Shown in pieces: positions 37,713-48,025 of a DNA stretch of 64,000 nt. The notes beneath the pieces are model-generated. The model was not told the origin of the DNA. It was given only the letters and a program-made list of their open reading frames with translations, and did not search any database. Source of the DNA: an uncultured archaeon (GTDB lineage: Archaea; Asgardarchaeota; Thorarchaeia; Thorarchaeales; Thorarchaeaceae); assembly GCA_964473825.1 (NCBI GenBank), contig CAYYQL010000001.1:160001-224000 (forward strand), given 5' to 3'. A program made the translations under genes and the position numbers. The first letter of the stretch is position 1. Each line of letters starts with the position of its first letter.

Positions 37713-39146
37713 GTGGTTAATGGAAAGGACCTCGCAGAATACTGCATTGAATTAGGTCGCGAACTTGGAGCATCTTATGTGGAGGCACGCTTCGAAGAGA
37801 GACTTAGTAGAGGATTCGTCTATAGAAATGGCGCACCTGTCTCGGCGGGAACCCAGCCTGACTCGGGCATTGGAGTTCGAATGCTTGTCGATGGCAACAT
37901 GGGATTCGCCTCGTTTGACAGACTGGACAGACAAGTCGCCAGAGAAGCGATTTCTGAAGCATTCAAGATGGCTAAGAATGGTAACCGGAAAGAACCGATA
38001 CGCTTTGGTGAACCAGTTTCAAACAGGGCCGAATGGGAAATTGATGCCAGTCAGCAGATAGAAGATGTGGACACTGAAACCATCATGGCTACTGCGGACG
38101 AGATGAACTCTGTCATGAACGGACTCCCGCAGTTCACTCTGATACTGACACCGTCACAGAGTGAGAAGTACGTTGTGACAAGTGAAGGAACAGAGATCAC
38201 AAGCAGATTGTCACATATCTTCGTTTTTGGACTCATGACAGCTAAGGGCAAAAAGGGCTCCGAACAGAAATTTCTGGATATGACTCAGGCGGGCGGCTGG
38301 GAAAGAATCGAGAAAGGGAACGTAATCGATAATCTGAGGGAAGAGGTCAAACTACTTCAGAAAGCAGCCAATGAGGCTGTGGCGGTCAAAGAACTCCTTA
38401 GCAGGCCAGTTGACATGATTGTGGGGCCTGAAGTAGCTGGAATCATTGCACACGAGAACGTTGGGCATCCCAGCGAAGGCGACAGAATCAAAGGTCGAGA
38501 AGGGGCACAGGCAGGAGAGAGCTTTTGGCGAGATCTTGAAATGGGGAAGTCGCGGGTAGGAAGTGATGCGGTGAATGTGAGTGAGGACCCAACTATACCG
38601 AATACGGGCGGATTCTACCTCTATGATGATGAAGGTGTCAAGGCCCGAAAGAGGGAGCTCATCAAGAAGGGCATCATCAACGAACCTCTTCTAAACAGAG
38701 AGTTTGGTCAGAGATTTGGAATGGAGTCTAATGGTGCTGCACGCTCCAGCAGGTACAATCGAGAACCAATTATACGGATGGCAAACACATACTTCGAGCC
38801 AGGTAATTACTCCCGAGAGGAACTCATTGAAGATGTAGAACTCGGTGTATACTTGAAGACATTTGCCGAATGGAATATCGATGACAGACGCTACCAGTCC
38901 AAATACAAAGGCTCTGTAGCCTATGTTATCCGTGAGGGTGAAGTGACCGACGAGATGGTAAGCAGGCCGGTTCTAGAAACCACAAGCGTGGGGCTTCTCA
39001 GTGCAATCGATGCGGTTTCGAAGGACTTGAGGTTCGACTTCCCCGGGACATGTGGAAAGAGCGACCCTATGCAGGGAGTACCGGTCTACGCAGGCGGTGG
39101 CGAGCTTCGATTAAGAAGCATTAGATTGGGAGGTGTTGGTCAATGA
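37713..39146 (+). CDS. tldD: TldD metalloprotease subunit
   Basis: HENVGH (HExxGH), YDDEG, RMANTY, CGK...QG; start approximate. Confidence 0.92.
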   Translation: MVNGKDLAEYCIELGRELGASYVEARFEERLSRGFVYRNGAPVSAGTQPDSGIGVRMLVDGNMGFASFDRLDRQVAREAISEAFKMAKNGNRKEPIRFGEPVSNRAEWEIDASQQIEDVDTETIMATADEMNSVMNGLPQFTLILTPSQSEKYVVTSEGTEITSRLSHIFVFGLMTAKGKKGSEQKFLDMTQAGGWERIEKGNVIDNLREEVKLLQKAANEAVAVKELLSRPVDMIVGPEVAGIIAHENVGHPSEGDRIKGREGAQAGESFWRDLEMGKSRVGSDAVNVSEDPTIPNTGGFYLYDDEGVKARKRELIKKGIINEPLLNREFGQRFGMESNGAARSSRYNREPIIRMANTYFEPGNYSREELIEDVELGVYLKTFAEWNIDDRRYQSKYKGSVAYVIREGEVTDEMVSRPVLETTSVGLLSAIDAVSKDLRFDFPGTCGKSDPMQGVPVYAGGGELRLRSIRLGGVGQ

Positions 39147-40522
39147 CTGGTTTCGAAGACATGAAGACCTTTGTCGACCTTGCAGTTGACTATGCGGAAG
39201 ACAGGACGGAGGGCATTATTGTCCATGGGATTGAGTCATCAACGTCCCAGATCCGCTTCTCGCAAAATGCTATAGATATCAGCAAACGATGGAAAGAACT
39301 CAAGCTAGAGATATTTCTCATTCGCACAGGGGCTCAAATCGGCTCGATTGAGAGGTCGATTTCCAATGAGGACGAAGTGAGAAGCGCAGTCGACACAGCG
39401 CTAGAATTCACTAGAATTCTTCCAGAGTCGCAGTTCTTCCAAGGAGTCGAGGAAACTGTCAGCGAATACTCTCCTGTCCACGGAACTTTCGACGAGAATA
39501 TCGAGAGTTTCACTGTAGAGGCACCAGAGATAGTGAACTCATCTATTGATGCTGCCATCACCAAGGGAGCCAAGAGAGTGGCTGGTGCATTGAAGTTTGG
39601 AAAAGTGCAGAAGTACTTCAGATCAAGCTACGGTCCTGAAGGATTGGCCAGGTCAACGTCGTTCGATTTCAACGTAAGAGCATTCCAAGATGAGCTTGAC
39701 TACTCAGGACAAGGACTGCATTGTGGCACCATACCGACAGAAGACAAAGAGAAGATGGTAGAAGCAGGGGCGGAGGCAGGTCGGCTCTCGAAGCAGGCAA
39801 TTGGGGCAGAACAGGGAGAACCTGGCGAATACGATTTGGTGCTCAGCCCCACGGTCGCGGCAGACATCATTGCCGGTGTACCAGGAAGTGCCAACCCGTT
39901 CCTTATCCTCATTGGTTTGTCTCCGTTGGGAGACCGAATGGGGGAGAGTATAGGCCCCGATTTTGTGACCGTGAAGGACAACCCACACTTCAAAGGTGCT
40001 TTGGGAAGCAAGAGATTCGACTTTGAGGGCACACCAACTCGAGAGGTTGAGATCATTGAGAACGGTGTCCTCAAGTCGCTTGTTCACAATACCACAACTG
40101 CAAAGATGTATGAAACGGAATCGACAGGGAGCTCCTCACTTCAGTCCTTAAGTCAAGGTTCAAAGATGCTGCTTCCCGGCAATTCGAATATCGTCTTTGA
40201 TGAGGGAGACCACTCCTTTGAAGAGCTAATTGAAGGAAACAAGCCCACAATATATGTGACGTGCAACTGGTACACAAGGTTCCAAAACTATCAGACAGGT
40301 GAGTTTTCAACGATTCCCCGTGATGCCATGTTTCTGGTGGAGCAAGGAGAGATGAAACCCATCAAGAATCTAAGAATCAGCGACAATCTCATGAGGATGT
40401 TCTCTAACATCACTGCACTGGGACAGAATCTGAAGCAGATTTACTGGTGGGAGGTGCCTATTCCTACAGTAATTCCACATGTTCGAGTGTCTGACTGTAC
40501 CCTGACCGCAGCAACTCAGTAG
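39143..40522 (+). CDS. pmbA: PmbA/TldE family protein
   Basis: Overlaps tldD stop; FDFEG, IIENGVL, WYTRFQN, LRISDN; no HExxxH. Confidence 0.88.
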   Translation: MTGFEDMKTFVDLAVDYAEDRTEGIIVHGIESSTSQIRFSQNAIDISKRWKELKLEIFLIRTGAQIGSIERSISNEDEVRSAVDTALEFTRILPESQFFQGVEETVSEYSPVHGTFDENIESFTVEAPEIVNSSIDAAITKGAKRVAGALKFGKVQKYFRSSYGPEGLARSTSFDFNVRAFQDELDYSGQGLHCGTIPTEDKEKMVEAGAEAGRLSKQAIGAEQGEPGEYDLVLSPTVAADIIAGVPGSANPFLILIGLSPLGDRMGESIGPDFVTVKDNPHFKGALGSKRFDFEGTPTREVEIIENGVLKSLVHNTTTAKMYETESTGSSSLQSLSQGSKMLLPGNSNIVFDEGDHSFEELIEGNKPTIYVTCNWYTRFQNYQTGEFSTIPRDAMFLVEQGEMKPIKNLRISDNLMRMFSNITALGQNLKQIYWWEVPIPTVIPHVRVSDCTLTAATQ

Positions 40523-40566
40523 AAATCAGGGAGCTGGTCTGGTCAGCTGAGCCAGCTCCGATGCCT

Positions 40567-42138
40567 TTACTCTTCGATGACCGTATCGCCAGAAGATTGT
40601 GTTTCATCACGGCCTCTCTCATCCAAGGACTCAAGTCCATCTTCGTCCTCCACAATGGCTTCGTCGACCTCTTGCTCTGATTCGGAAGAGCTTTCCTCTG
40701 CGGGCTCGACCTCAGCTGGGTATTCGTTATCTCCCTCATATGCAGAACTCTCTTCGAATGCTTCAGCCAGCTCTTCCTCCCCACGAATTTCTTCCTTAGT
40801 TGGCATCATTGGTTTCCCTTCATCGATTGCCACCTGCAGCTTCTCTATCTGCGACTTTCTGGCAAAGTACAGGGCGATGATTACTGCAACAGAAAGTGCA
40901 GCACCAACAAATGTGAGTGTAGTCTGAAATTCACTGGCCGCGCCTCCGAGTAATTGCTGCCAAGTCAGCACAAGGAAGGCGAGACCTCCAATGTTCATTA
41001 CGAAACTGCGTAACGGTGTTTCCACTTTGGTGATCTCAGTCAGTCCAGTGTCAACCATGGCTGCCGAGATGACTCCAGCGTTATACTCATTGGACTTTGT
41101 CTTCTTAGCAAGATTCCTGACGGAGAGAGCCTTCTTTTTGTCCAGTACCCTCATGGCCCGAGGAACCTTCTCAACAAGGACCTCAGCATACTCTCGCTTT
41201 GCCTCCTCAACATCAATATCACACTTCTTACACCTGTCCTCTTTGCCGTTCCATTTCCGTATGCAGCGCGGACATTTCTTCGCAGGCCAAGCATCAGGTG
41301 CAACTTCACGAAGACGCTGCTTCAACATATACTCGCTGACTTGCAACTGTTCAGGTGATGCATCCTTTTTCTTCATCTCCTTGACCGCCGAGAATAGAGC
41401 TGGCATCGCACCAATGACAGTCAAGTTGGGTAGAGAACGTATCTCTCCAGCCTTTTTCTGAATCGAACGGACCTTATGTGCAGTCTGGATGCCGTCGAAA
41501 AGATGCTTGAAATTGAATCCGAAGCCCGCAACAGCACTCACTGTTGCGACCGCGGTTGCAGCACCAGCAACAGTGTACAGGACATCAGTCAAGTCTTCCG
41601 ACGGAATGTTGAAGTAAAAGTCCAAGGTGAATATGTGTGGGTCGTCTACACCGAGAGTTTCACCTTCGAGGTAGTACTGGAAATCGACACCTGCCTGAAA
41701 TGTTCCAGTAGCAATCTGAACCGGAAAGCCTGAAACCTCAGCCTCGATAATAGAAGCAAAGTCAACATCCGCCTCAACGGCAGGAATCGTCATCTCGGGA
41801 GAGATCATCTGTGTTACATTCTGTTGGATTCCAATAGTGAATATTCGAAAACCCTGATAATAGAAGCCAATGGATCCACTCAGGTTATAGACTGATTCTG
41901 TTCCAATCACATCAACTTCTAAGTGCAGAGTCATAGGGGCTTCCATATCGATTACAATCGGGTTGAGCTGGTTAGCATCCGTAAGAGACTGACCGTTTAG
42001 TGTAACATACAGTTGAATGTGTTCGTCCCCGAACCAGTCATCAGCCGGCTGTGCAGTGCTAGTTCCCACGAACATGAGAAAGGCCATCAAGATGGCAAAT
42101 GCAACCAAGATGAGAGATCGTCGTCCTCTGAGTATCAT
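40567..42138 (-). CDS. Membrane protein: signal peptide, extracellular beta domain, TM segments, CxxC-CxxC Zn ribbon, acidic tail
   Basis: N-terminal MILRGRRSLILV...; CPRC-x10-CKKC; very E/D-rich C-terminus. Confidence 0.8.
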   Translation of the reverse strand: MILRGRRSLILVAFAILMAFLMFVGTSTAQPADDWFGDEHIQLYVTLNGQSLTDANQLNPIVIDMEAPMTLHLEVDVIGTESVYNLSGSIGFYYQGFRIFTIGIQQNVTQMISPEMTIPAVEADVDFASIIEAEVSGFPVQIATGTFQAGVDFQYYLEGETLGVDDPHIFTLDFYFNIPSEDLTDVLYTVAGAATAVATVSAVAGFGFNFKHLFDGIQTAHKVRSIQKKAGEIRSLPNLTVIGAMPALFSAVKEMKKKDASPEQLQVSEYMLKQRLREVAPDAWPAKKCPRCIRKWNGKEDRCKKCDIDVEEAKREYAEVLVEKVPRAMRVLDKKKALSVRNLAKKTKSNEYNAGVISAAMVDTGLTEITKVETPLRSFVMNIGGLAFLVLTWQQLLGGAASEFQTTLTFVGAALSVAVIIALYFARKSQIEKLQVAIDEGKPMMPTKEEIRGEEELAEAFEESSAYEGDNEYPAEVEPAEESSSESEQEVDEAIVEDEDGLESLDERGRDETQSSGDTVIEE

Positions 42139-42282
42139 CGTTGTTCCTCCTGCAGAGTTATTCTTGCAACATAACCCGTTGGTCACAAAAGGGTTTTGCA
42201 TCTGGCCTCTTGAATCGCTCAACTGCACTGCAAGCATGCATTGTATTCACCGAGTCACAGCGAATCTATCTAGGTCTAAGAA

Positions 42283-42313
42283 TAAAAGAGGGAAAGAGGG
42301 GTGGTTTCCCCTC
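42283..42313 (-). terminator. Hairpin plus pyrimidine/T tract downstream of hydA
   Basis: Minus strand GAGGGG-aaacca-CCCCTC-tttccctctttta. Confidence 0.6.
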
Positions 42314-42322
42314 GTTGATGAA

Positions 42323-43603
42323 TTACAGGACCTCGGCCAGATGACAAGAGCAACTGATACAGGGATCGTATGCCCTGATTAGACGATTGAGCATAAGCTC
42401 GATCTCCTGACGACTCCCACCGGCAATCTGCGGAAATAGTGCTCTGACATCCTCTTCCATGTTCGTGTAGTTCATGGTAGTCGGAGCAATAATATCCGCA
42501 GTCTTGAGCAGACCATCCTTGTCGAACTCGTACGAATGGACAAGAGTTCCTCGAGGAGCCTCTGTCATTGCTGTACCCTTCCCAGCCTTGGGAACAGTCT
42601 CGGGCTCGTGCCACTCCAAGTCTGATGACAAAAGACTGCTTATCGTTTCATCAGCCATATCAAACACCTGGGCCGTCTCGATGAGCTGAGCAGCATTATT
42701 GTGGAACGTGTTGTAGCTGGGTAGTTCGATGCCCAAGGTCTTCAATGCAGACTTGGCAAAGGGAGATAGTAGATCTCGGTTGATATTCAAGCGAGCTAGG
42801 GCACCGACAAAGATGCCGTGACCATCTCTGATTCCGGCCTTTGCGTAGCTGTACTCAGGAACCCTCTCGGTGATGTATTGCTTGTAGTCTTCGACCGGCG
42901 CCCGAACGCCGCTGAGTGATGCAAGGTCACCACCAACAAGAGCATATTCATCATCTTTCCGAAGAGCGAAGTAGTCCGTTTTGCGTTCGAACTCCGGCTC
43001 CTCAAGACCGGCCCAGACATCGAGGCAGGTCTGTAGGTCAGCCCGTGCACCTTGAAGTCTGTCGCGAAGCACTTCCAAATCTTGATGTGCAGGGTAAGCC
43101 GAGAAACCCCCAACCATAGGAGTCACTTGATGAACCTCACGTCCTCCTGTAAGAATCTGGAGATCGTTCCCCAGTTTCTTAAGTTTCAGGGCAATCTTGA
43201 CAACATCGGGAAAATCCGTAGCAGCTGAAATAACGCTCTCATGACCAACATAGTCGGGAAGCGCCAAGTATAGCGCGTGGAGAATATGCGACTCTATGTA
43301 TTCACCCCAGATAAGCAACCTTCGTAGGTCTGTAACCTGCTGGTCGACTTCTATACCCATTGCCTTCTCTACAGCCTTTGTGGAAACAACTCTGTGAGAT
43401 GCACTGCAGATGGCGCAGATCCGACATGCTATCTCGGGGACTTCGGTGTATTCTCTACCCTGAAGGAATGCCTCAAAGAGTCGAGCCCCCTCATCAACAG
43501 CCATCTTCACGTCAACCAGCTCGCCGTCCTTCGTCGTAACGTAGAGGGATCCATGTCCTTCAACACGAGCTATATGTTTAATGTCAATACTCTCAGTACC
43601 CAT
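42323..43603 (-). CDS. hydA: Group 3b [NiFe] hydrogenase (sulfhydrogenase) large subunit alpha
   Basis: ARVEGHG, RICAIC, EAPRG, YDPCISCSCH plus 5-aa C-terminal extension. Confidence 0.95.
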   Translation of the reverse strand: MGTESIDIKHIARVEGHGSLYVTTKDGELVDVKMAVDEGARLFEAFLQGREYTEVPEIACRICAICSASHRVVSTKAVEKAMGIEVDQQVTDLRRLLIWGEYIESHILHALYLALPDYVGHESVISAATDFPDVVKIALKLKKLGNDLQILTGGREVHQVTPMVGGFSAYPAHQDLEVLRDRLQGARADLQTCLDVWAGLEEPEFERKTDYFALRKDDEYALVGGDLASLSGVRAPVEDYKQYITERVPEYSYAKAGIRDGHGIFVGALARLNINRDLLSPFAKSALKTLGIELPSYNTFHNNAAQLIETAQVFDMADETISSLLSSDLEWHEPETVPKAGKGTAMTEAPRGTLVHSYEFDKDGLLKTADIIAPTTMNYTNMEEDVRALFPQIAGGSRQEIELMLNRLIRAYDPCISCSCHLAEVL

Positions 43604-44376
43604 TAGAATTCCAACTCCTTAAACTCAGGCATGTCAGCCACTGACGGGCAATACTTCAAGAACTTCCGTCGTACATCATCGGCTGTAGCACCTATCTCCT
43701 TCAAGATCTTCACTTCGGCGGCCCAGTTAGCCTCAGGGGCAGGCCCCCTGCAGCCCTCACAGACAGCTCCGTGTGAGGGACAGAGAGCATTGCATCCGGC
43801 TTGTGTGATTGGGCCCATGCAAAACTTACCCTCTTTCAACAGGCATATGTTCTCAAGTGCCTTGCATTCTCCACAGACGCTGTATTGAGGCATGTACGGT
43901 CGCTTACCCATGACCAGTGACTTGACAATCTCAATGAACTCGTTCTTCTCCATTGGACAGCCAGGTAGTTCATAGTCTACATCTACATAGGCAGAAACAG
44001 GTTTGATGGGAATCGCGTCAATGTGCTCATTATCGTCACCATAGACAATCCGAGTCATCTCCTCGATATCCCTGAAATTACGAAGGCCAGGCAATCCGCC
44101 ATGAGTGGCACATGCCCCAATGGCAACGAGGATCCCTGATTTCTCACGGATTTTCTTAACTCGTTCCACCTCGGACTGCTTCGCAACAGACCCCTCAACA
44201 AAAGCAACATCCCAAGGGCCTTCGCTGTTGTCTTGCTTCGCCATAACCCAGCTGGTAATGTCAACCAGGTTCAGAATATCCAGAAGGTTGTCCTCAATAT
44301 TGAGAATGTTCAACTGACAGCCAGCACAGCCCGTGAGACCGAAGATGCCGACAGTGGGCTTTCCGTTGTTACTCAA
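43603..44376 (-). CDS. hydD: Group 3b hydrogenase small subunit delta
   Basis: GCAGCQ, VEGS, GACA, PGCP, VCGEC, CMGPITQAGCNALCP...CEGCRG. Confidence 0.93.
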   Translation of the reverse strand: MSNNGKPTVGIFGLTGCAGCQLNILNIEDNLLDILNLVDITSWVMAKQDNSEGPWDVAFVEGSVAKQSEVERVKKIREKSGILVAIGACATHGGLPGLRNFRDIEEMTRIVYGDDNEHIDAIPIKPVSAYVDVDYELPGCPMEKNEFIEIVKSLVMGKRPYMPQYSVCGECKALENICLLKEGKFCMGPITQAGCNALCPSHGAVCEGCRGPAPEANWAAEVKILKEIGATADDVRRKFLKYCPSVADMPEFKELEF

Positions 44377-45219
44377 TCAGATCGCCTCCTGTAGTTGCTC
44401 TACCTCAAAGATAGAGAAGACTGGCCCATCCATGCACGTGAGCTTATGGCCAATCTGGCAGTGAGCGCACTTACCCACTCCACACTTCATTCGTCTCTCG
44501 AGCGAAACGAGAATCTCATCGCGTCCAATCCCGATTTTCAAGAGCTCTTTCACAACGAACTTGTACATCACCGGCGGACCGCAGACCAGAGCAACTGTAT
44601 CAGGGTCAATGTCTCGCTTCTGGAAGAGGGTTGTGACGACACCGACGTTACCACTCCAGTTCTTATCGCCCACGTCCACAGTCATCAGAAAGTCAACATC
44701 ATCTAAGGCATCCCACGCGGCGATCTCATCCTTGAAGATAATCTCGGATGGGCTTCTCGTACCATAGAAGATTGTCACATCTCCAAATTGAGAGCGTCTA
44801 TCAATCACATAATTGATCAGTGACCGTAGCGGGACAAGTCCGATACCCCCGGCAACGAAGAGGAGATTCCGTCCCTTGAGATCCTCAGTTGGAAAGCCAT
44901 TACCATAGGGACCCCTAATCCCAACGATATCACCAATCTCCAGATTGTGGATTGCATTGGTGACGCTTCCGGTTCTGCGGATTCCAAGCTCGATGAACCC
45001 CTTTCTCGTTGGGGTCGAACTTATCGAGAACGGGGCCTCACCTATGCCGAACATGCTCAGTTGGACGAACTGACCGGGTCGATAGTCGAATAAGGCACGC
45101 AATTTGGAATCCACAAACTCGAATTCAAAGAGGGTTTCAGTATCACTCATCTTCCTTTTTGAAACCAGCTTGGCTAGGTCTGGAACGTACACGTTTTCTT
45201 TCTTGACTTGTAGTTGCAT
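44377..45219 (-). CDS. hydG: Group 3b hydrogenase FAD/NAD(P)-binding subunit gamma
   Basis: PGQFV, GEAPFSISS, RGPYG, GGIG, CGPP, ERRMKCGVGKCAHC..C.DGPVF. Confidence 0.93.
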   Translation of the reverse strand: MQLQVKKENVYVPDLAKLVSKRKMSDTETLFEFEFVDSKLRALFDYRPGQFVQLSMFGIGEAPFSISSTPTRKGFIELGIRRTGSVTNAIHNLEIGDIVGIRGPYGNGFPTEDLKGRNLLFVAGGIGLVPLRSLINYVIDRRSQFGDVTIFYGTRSPSEIIFKDEIAAWDALDDVDFLMTVDVGDKNWSGNVGVVTTLFQKRDIDPDTVALVCGPPVMYKFVVKELLKIGIGRDEILVSLERRMKCGVGKCAHCQIGHKLTCMDGPVFSIFEVEQLQEAI

Positions 45220-46287
45220 CTACTTCACCTCACTCAATGGAACTTCCCAGAGGGTGGAGAGCTCTCTCAGAACCTCTTTGATGCTTATGTCACTCGGACA
45301 AGCAGCGGTGCATCGCCCGCATCCCGTACATCCAATTATACCGTGCTCATTAGCAAAGCCGCGCATCTTGTGATAGAACCGATACTTGAGACGAGCTGCA
45401 GGTGTGTCTCGGAAATTATGCCCTCCTGCTACAAGAGCGAACTCTTGGAACAGACAGGCATCCCATTTGCGTGTTCTGTCAGCGGAGGCAAGAGAGATGT
45501 CAAGCTCGTCGATAACATCATAGCAGTAACATGTGGGACACACCATTGCACAGGCTCCACAATTGACACAGTCCTCAGCTATCTTGTCCCATACAGGATG
45601 TGAGAAAGAGAGGTCGAGGTATTCATTTATGCCCTCGAGGTCCACCTCATGAGGAAGAGATTCCTGCTTATGCTTTAGAGCATCTTTGAAGGATTGAATA
45701 TCATTCTCATCGGCTGTTTCGAATAGATTCTGTGCCATGTGGATGAGGTGTTCCCCCTTTGCAGTTCCTACTTGGACGAAGTATCTCTCGCCATCTATGG
45801 GTGTTAGAAACAGGTCGTATCCTTCAATTACATGATGTGTATTCATTGACCGGCAGAAGCCATATTCACAAGGCTCCAGACAATTCAGGCCGACCAACGT
45901 GGTATTCTCTCGTCGAATCCTGTAATAATGATCCACATACTGCCCCCCAAACACCTTATCAAGAAGCAGAATGCCATTGAGGTCACACGAATGGACACCA
46001 AGAATCAATCTAGGGCGCTCTGCCCTGAGGGCGTCGAGGGTGTCTTCGATATTCTTATCTTCCAAGTTGAAAGTCATCATGACCTCACTGGGTGGTTGGA
46101 AGTATTTCCTAGGTGACAGGATTGTACTGTCATAGGCCATGTCAATCTGCGCGGAGTCATCGATCTTATCGAAGACGTGCTTGGTGCGCTTCTTGACCGG
46201 ACCAAAGATATCGAAGCTGTCTTTTGCAGACTCGCTCAGCTTAACGATATCATCTTGTTTCATCACATATGAGGGACACATTCTCAT
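45220..46287 (-). CDS. hydB: Group 3b hydrogenase Fe-S subunit beta
   Basis: GVHSCD, CVNCGACAMVCPTCYC, WDAC, CTGCGRCTAACP; start approximate. Confidence 0.92.
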   Translation of the reverse strand: MRMCPSYVMKQDDIVKLSESAKDSFDIFGPVKKRTKHVFDKIDDSAQIDMAYDSTILSPRKYFQPPSEVMMTFNLEDKNIEDTLDALRAERPRLILGVHSCDLNGILLLDKVFGGQYVDHYYRIRRENTTLVGLNCLEPCEYGFCRSMNTHHVIEGYDLFLTPIDGERYFVQVGTAKGEHLIHMAQNLFETADENDIQSFKDALKHKQESLPHEVDLEGINEYLDLSFSHPVWDKIAEDCVNCGACAMVCPTCYCYDVIDELDISLASADRTRKWDACLFQEFALVAGGHNFRDTPAARLKYRFYHKMRGFANEHGIIGCTGCGRCTAACPSDISIKEVLRELSTLWEVPLSEVK

Positions 46288-46516
46288 CAGTCCTTGTCTA
46301 TCGTCCAAGTTTCGGCTTGTAAGTTTCCCAATAAGGATTAGGGAATCGCAAACATACATAATCCGAGGGTTTTTTATCGATTTGCAAAGGTTTTCTGCTG
46401 TTCGTATCTAAATCGAACACAAGGTACGAAGAAGATGTCAAGTGGGTTCTCATCCAGCTCTGTGTGGTGCTTATCTATTAACCAGAGATATACGATTTTA
46501 GAAGGGATAGATTATC

Positions 46517-46990
46517 ATGAACGAATACCTGATCGAGCTCAATCAGGTCACCGCAATCTGCAACCTAGAACCATCCATGGCGTTCCTCAAGATCAGGTTC
46601 AAGGTCCTGGACATCGTTGAACACCGAATTGTTACCTCGAGAAGAACAGAACGACACTATCGAATTGTAGTGGCCAGAATTGCTGACACTACAGGAATGA
46701 TAGACCTTGTTCTGTGGGACAACGATATTGACCTGATTGAGACAGGGCGCTCTTATCTTCTGATTAATGGATATGTGCAAGTCTACAATGAGTCTATGGC
46801 GTTGAAGAAAGGTGCTGATGGTACTATCCGTTGCATCACGAGTTCCGGCTTCTCAACAATCTCATCTAAGGACATGAGCAAACCTTTCGCTTGGAAAGAC
46901 ACGAAGAAGAAGGAAGCAACAACAGGAAGGACGTTCTCCGGACGAGCCGCTCGGGAGAGTAGAGGCTACTGTGTAAAGAAGGACTTCTGA
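46517..46990 (+). CDS. Single OB-fold ssDNA-binding (SSB/RPA-like) protein
   Basis: KVL...IADTTG.I.LVLWD...I..G....I.NGYV OB-fold pattern; basic C-terminal tail. Confidence 0.8.
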   Translation: MNEYLIELNQVTAICNLEPSMAFLKIRFKVLDIVEHRIVTSRRTERHYRIVVARIADTTGMIDLVLWDNDIDLIETGRSYLLINGYVQVYNESMALKKGADGTIRCITSSGFSTISSKDMSKPFAWKDTKKKEATTGRTFSGRAARESRGYCVKKDF

Positions 46991-47038
46991 TAGCATCCAT
47001 GCCGAATACCTTTTGACTGAAGATACACAGAGAGGGAA

Positions 47039-47953
47039 ATGGTGTACTTGTTGCGTGTAGCGTTCCAAGATGAGACTATTCCCTATCCCATTGCTCCACT
47101 TCGTGGGTGGCTGCTTCTTGCTGGGATGAACCGACTTGAATGCGAACAGACGCTTGACAGCATGTCCACCGGACACAGACGCGGTGTTTTTGAATCAGAA
47201 AGAGGTCTCATTGAGGAACTGAAGACGAAGGCCTCAGAGCTTGGCGCGAGATATGCCGATTCGCTTGAGACACTCTTTCGATATGAAGCCTTTCGCCGTG
47301 AAGGTAGAGTACCTCCTCTGACACTGATGATTGAGGGTGCATCTGCTACTGGGAAATCCATGGTTGCATTGATCGCAATCGAGCTGCTAGCGGTCACCAG
47401 AATCATTAGTACAGACACGATACGCCAACTACTACGAACCAGATCCGACGAGTCCATTCATCCGGAGTTGTTTGTACACACCTATCAGGCTCATGAATTC
47501 CGTCAGGAGGGAGCGGAGAGGCTGCCTCCGGTCGTACGTGGATACCTAGCGCAATGCCGGTTGATGAGGAAAGATATCTCATCCACGATAGAACGCATTC
47601 TCACTGAAGGAATACACTCGATTGTCGAAGGGGTCCATATTGAACCAAGCCGGTATTCGCATCTATCGGAGGGTCTCCTAGAGATACTTGTAGACCCCTC
47701 AGAGGAAACCCATAGGGCGATGTTTCTCACCAAGCTTTCTGCAACGGGTCTAAGAAGTGTGCAAGGCAGCTCTCAACAAAGACTGGATGAGTTCAGGGCC
47801 ACAAGAGAAATCCAGCACTACCTTAAGCAAGACGCAGAAAGCGGGAGTGTGGCAACACTCAGTCTTGCCGACTATCGTTCTGCATCTCTTGAGTTAGCAG
47901 AGATTCTGATGGGGAAGATAAAGACCATTCTACAGACCGTAGAGGATAAGTAG
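47039..47953 (+). CDS. 2-phosphoglycerate kinase-like P-loop protein
   Basis: GASATGKS, IISTDTIRQLLR, IVEGVHI. Confidence 0.8.
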   Translation: MVYLLRVAFQDETIPYPIAPLRGWLLLAGMNRLECEQTLDSMSTGHRRGVFESERGLIEELKTKASELGARYADSLETLFRYEAFRREGRVPPLTLMIEGASATGKSMVALIAIELLAVTRIISTDTIRQLLRTRSDESIHPELFVHTYQAHEFRQEGAERLPPVVRGYLAQCRLMRKDISSTIERILTEGIHSIVEGVHIEPSRYSHLSEGLLEILVDPSEETHRAMFLTKLSATGLRSVQGSSQQRLDEFRATREIQHYLKQDAESGSVATLSLADYRSASLELAEILMGKIKTILQTVEDK

Positions 47954-48025
47954 CCCCCCCATCTCTGCGTAGCACCCTTGTGGCAGTCATCCAACTGAGG
48001 CCGCTTGGGAGATGGAGACGGACCC

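Noticed and set aside
42323-46287. Selenocysteine-containing hydrogenase, or a SECIS in the downstream hairpin
   Set aside because: All Ni and Fe-S ligands are plain Cys (RICAIC, DPCISC) and there is no in-frame TGA; the hairpin fits a terminator
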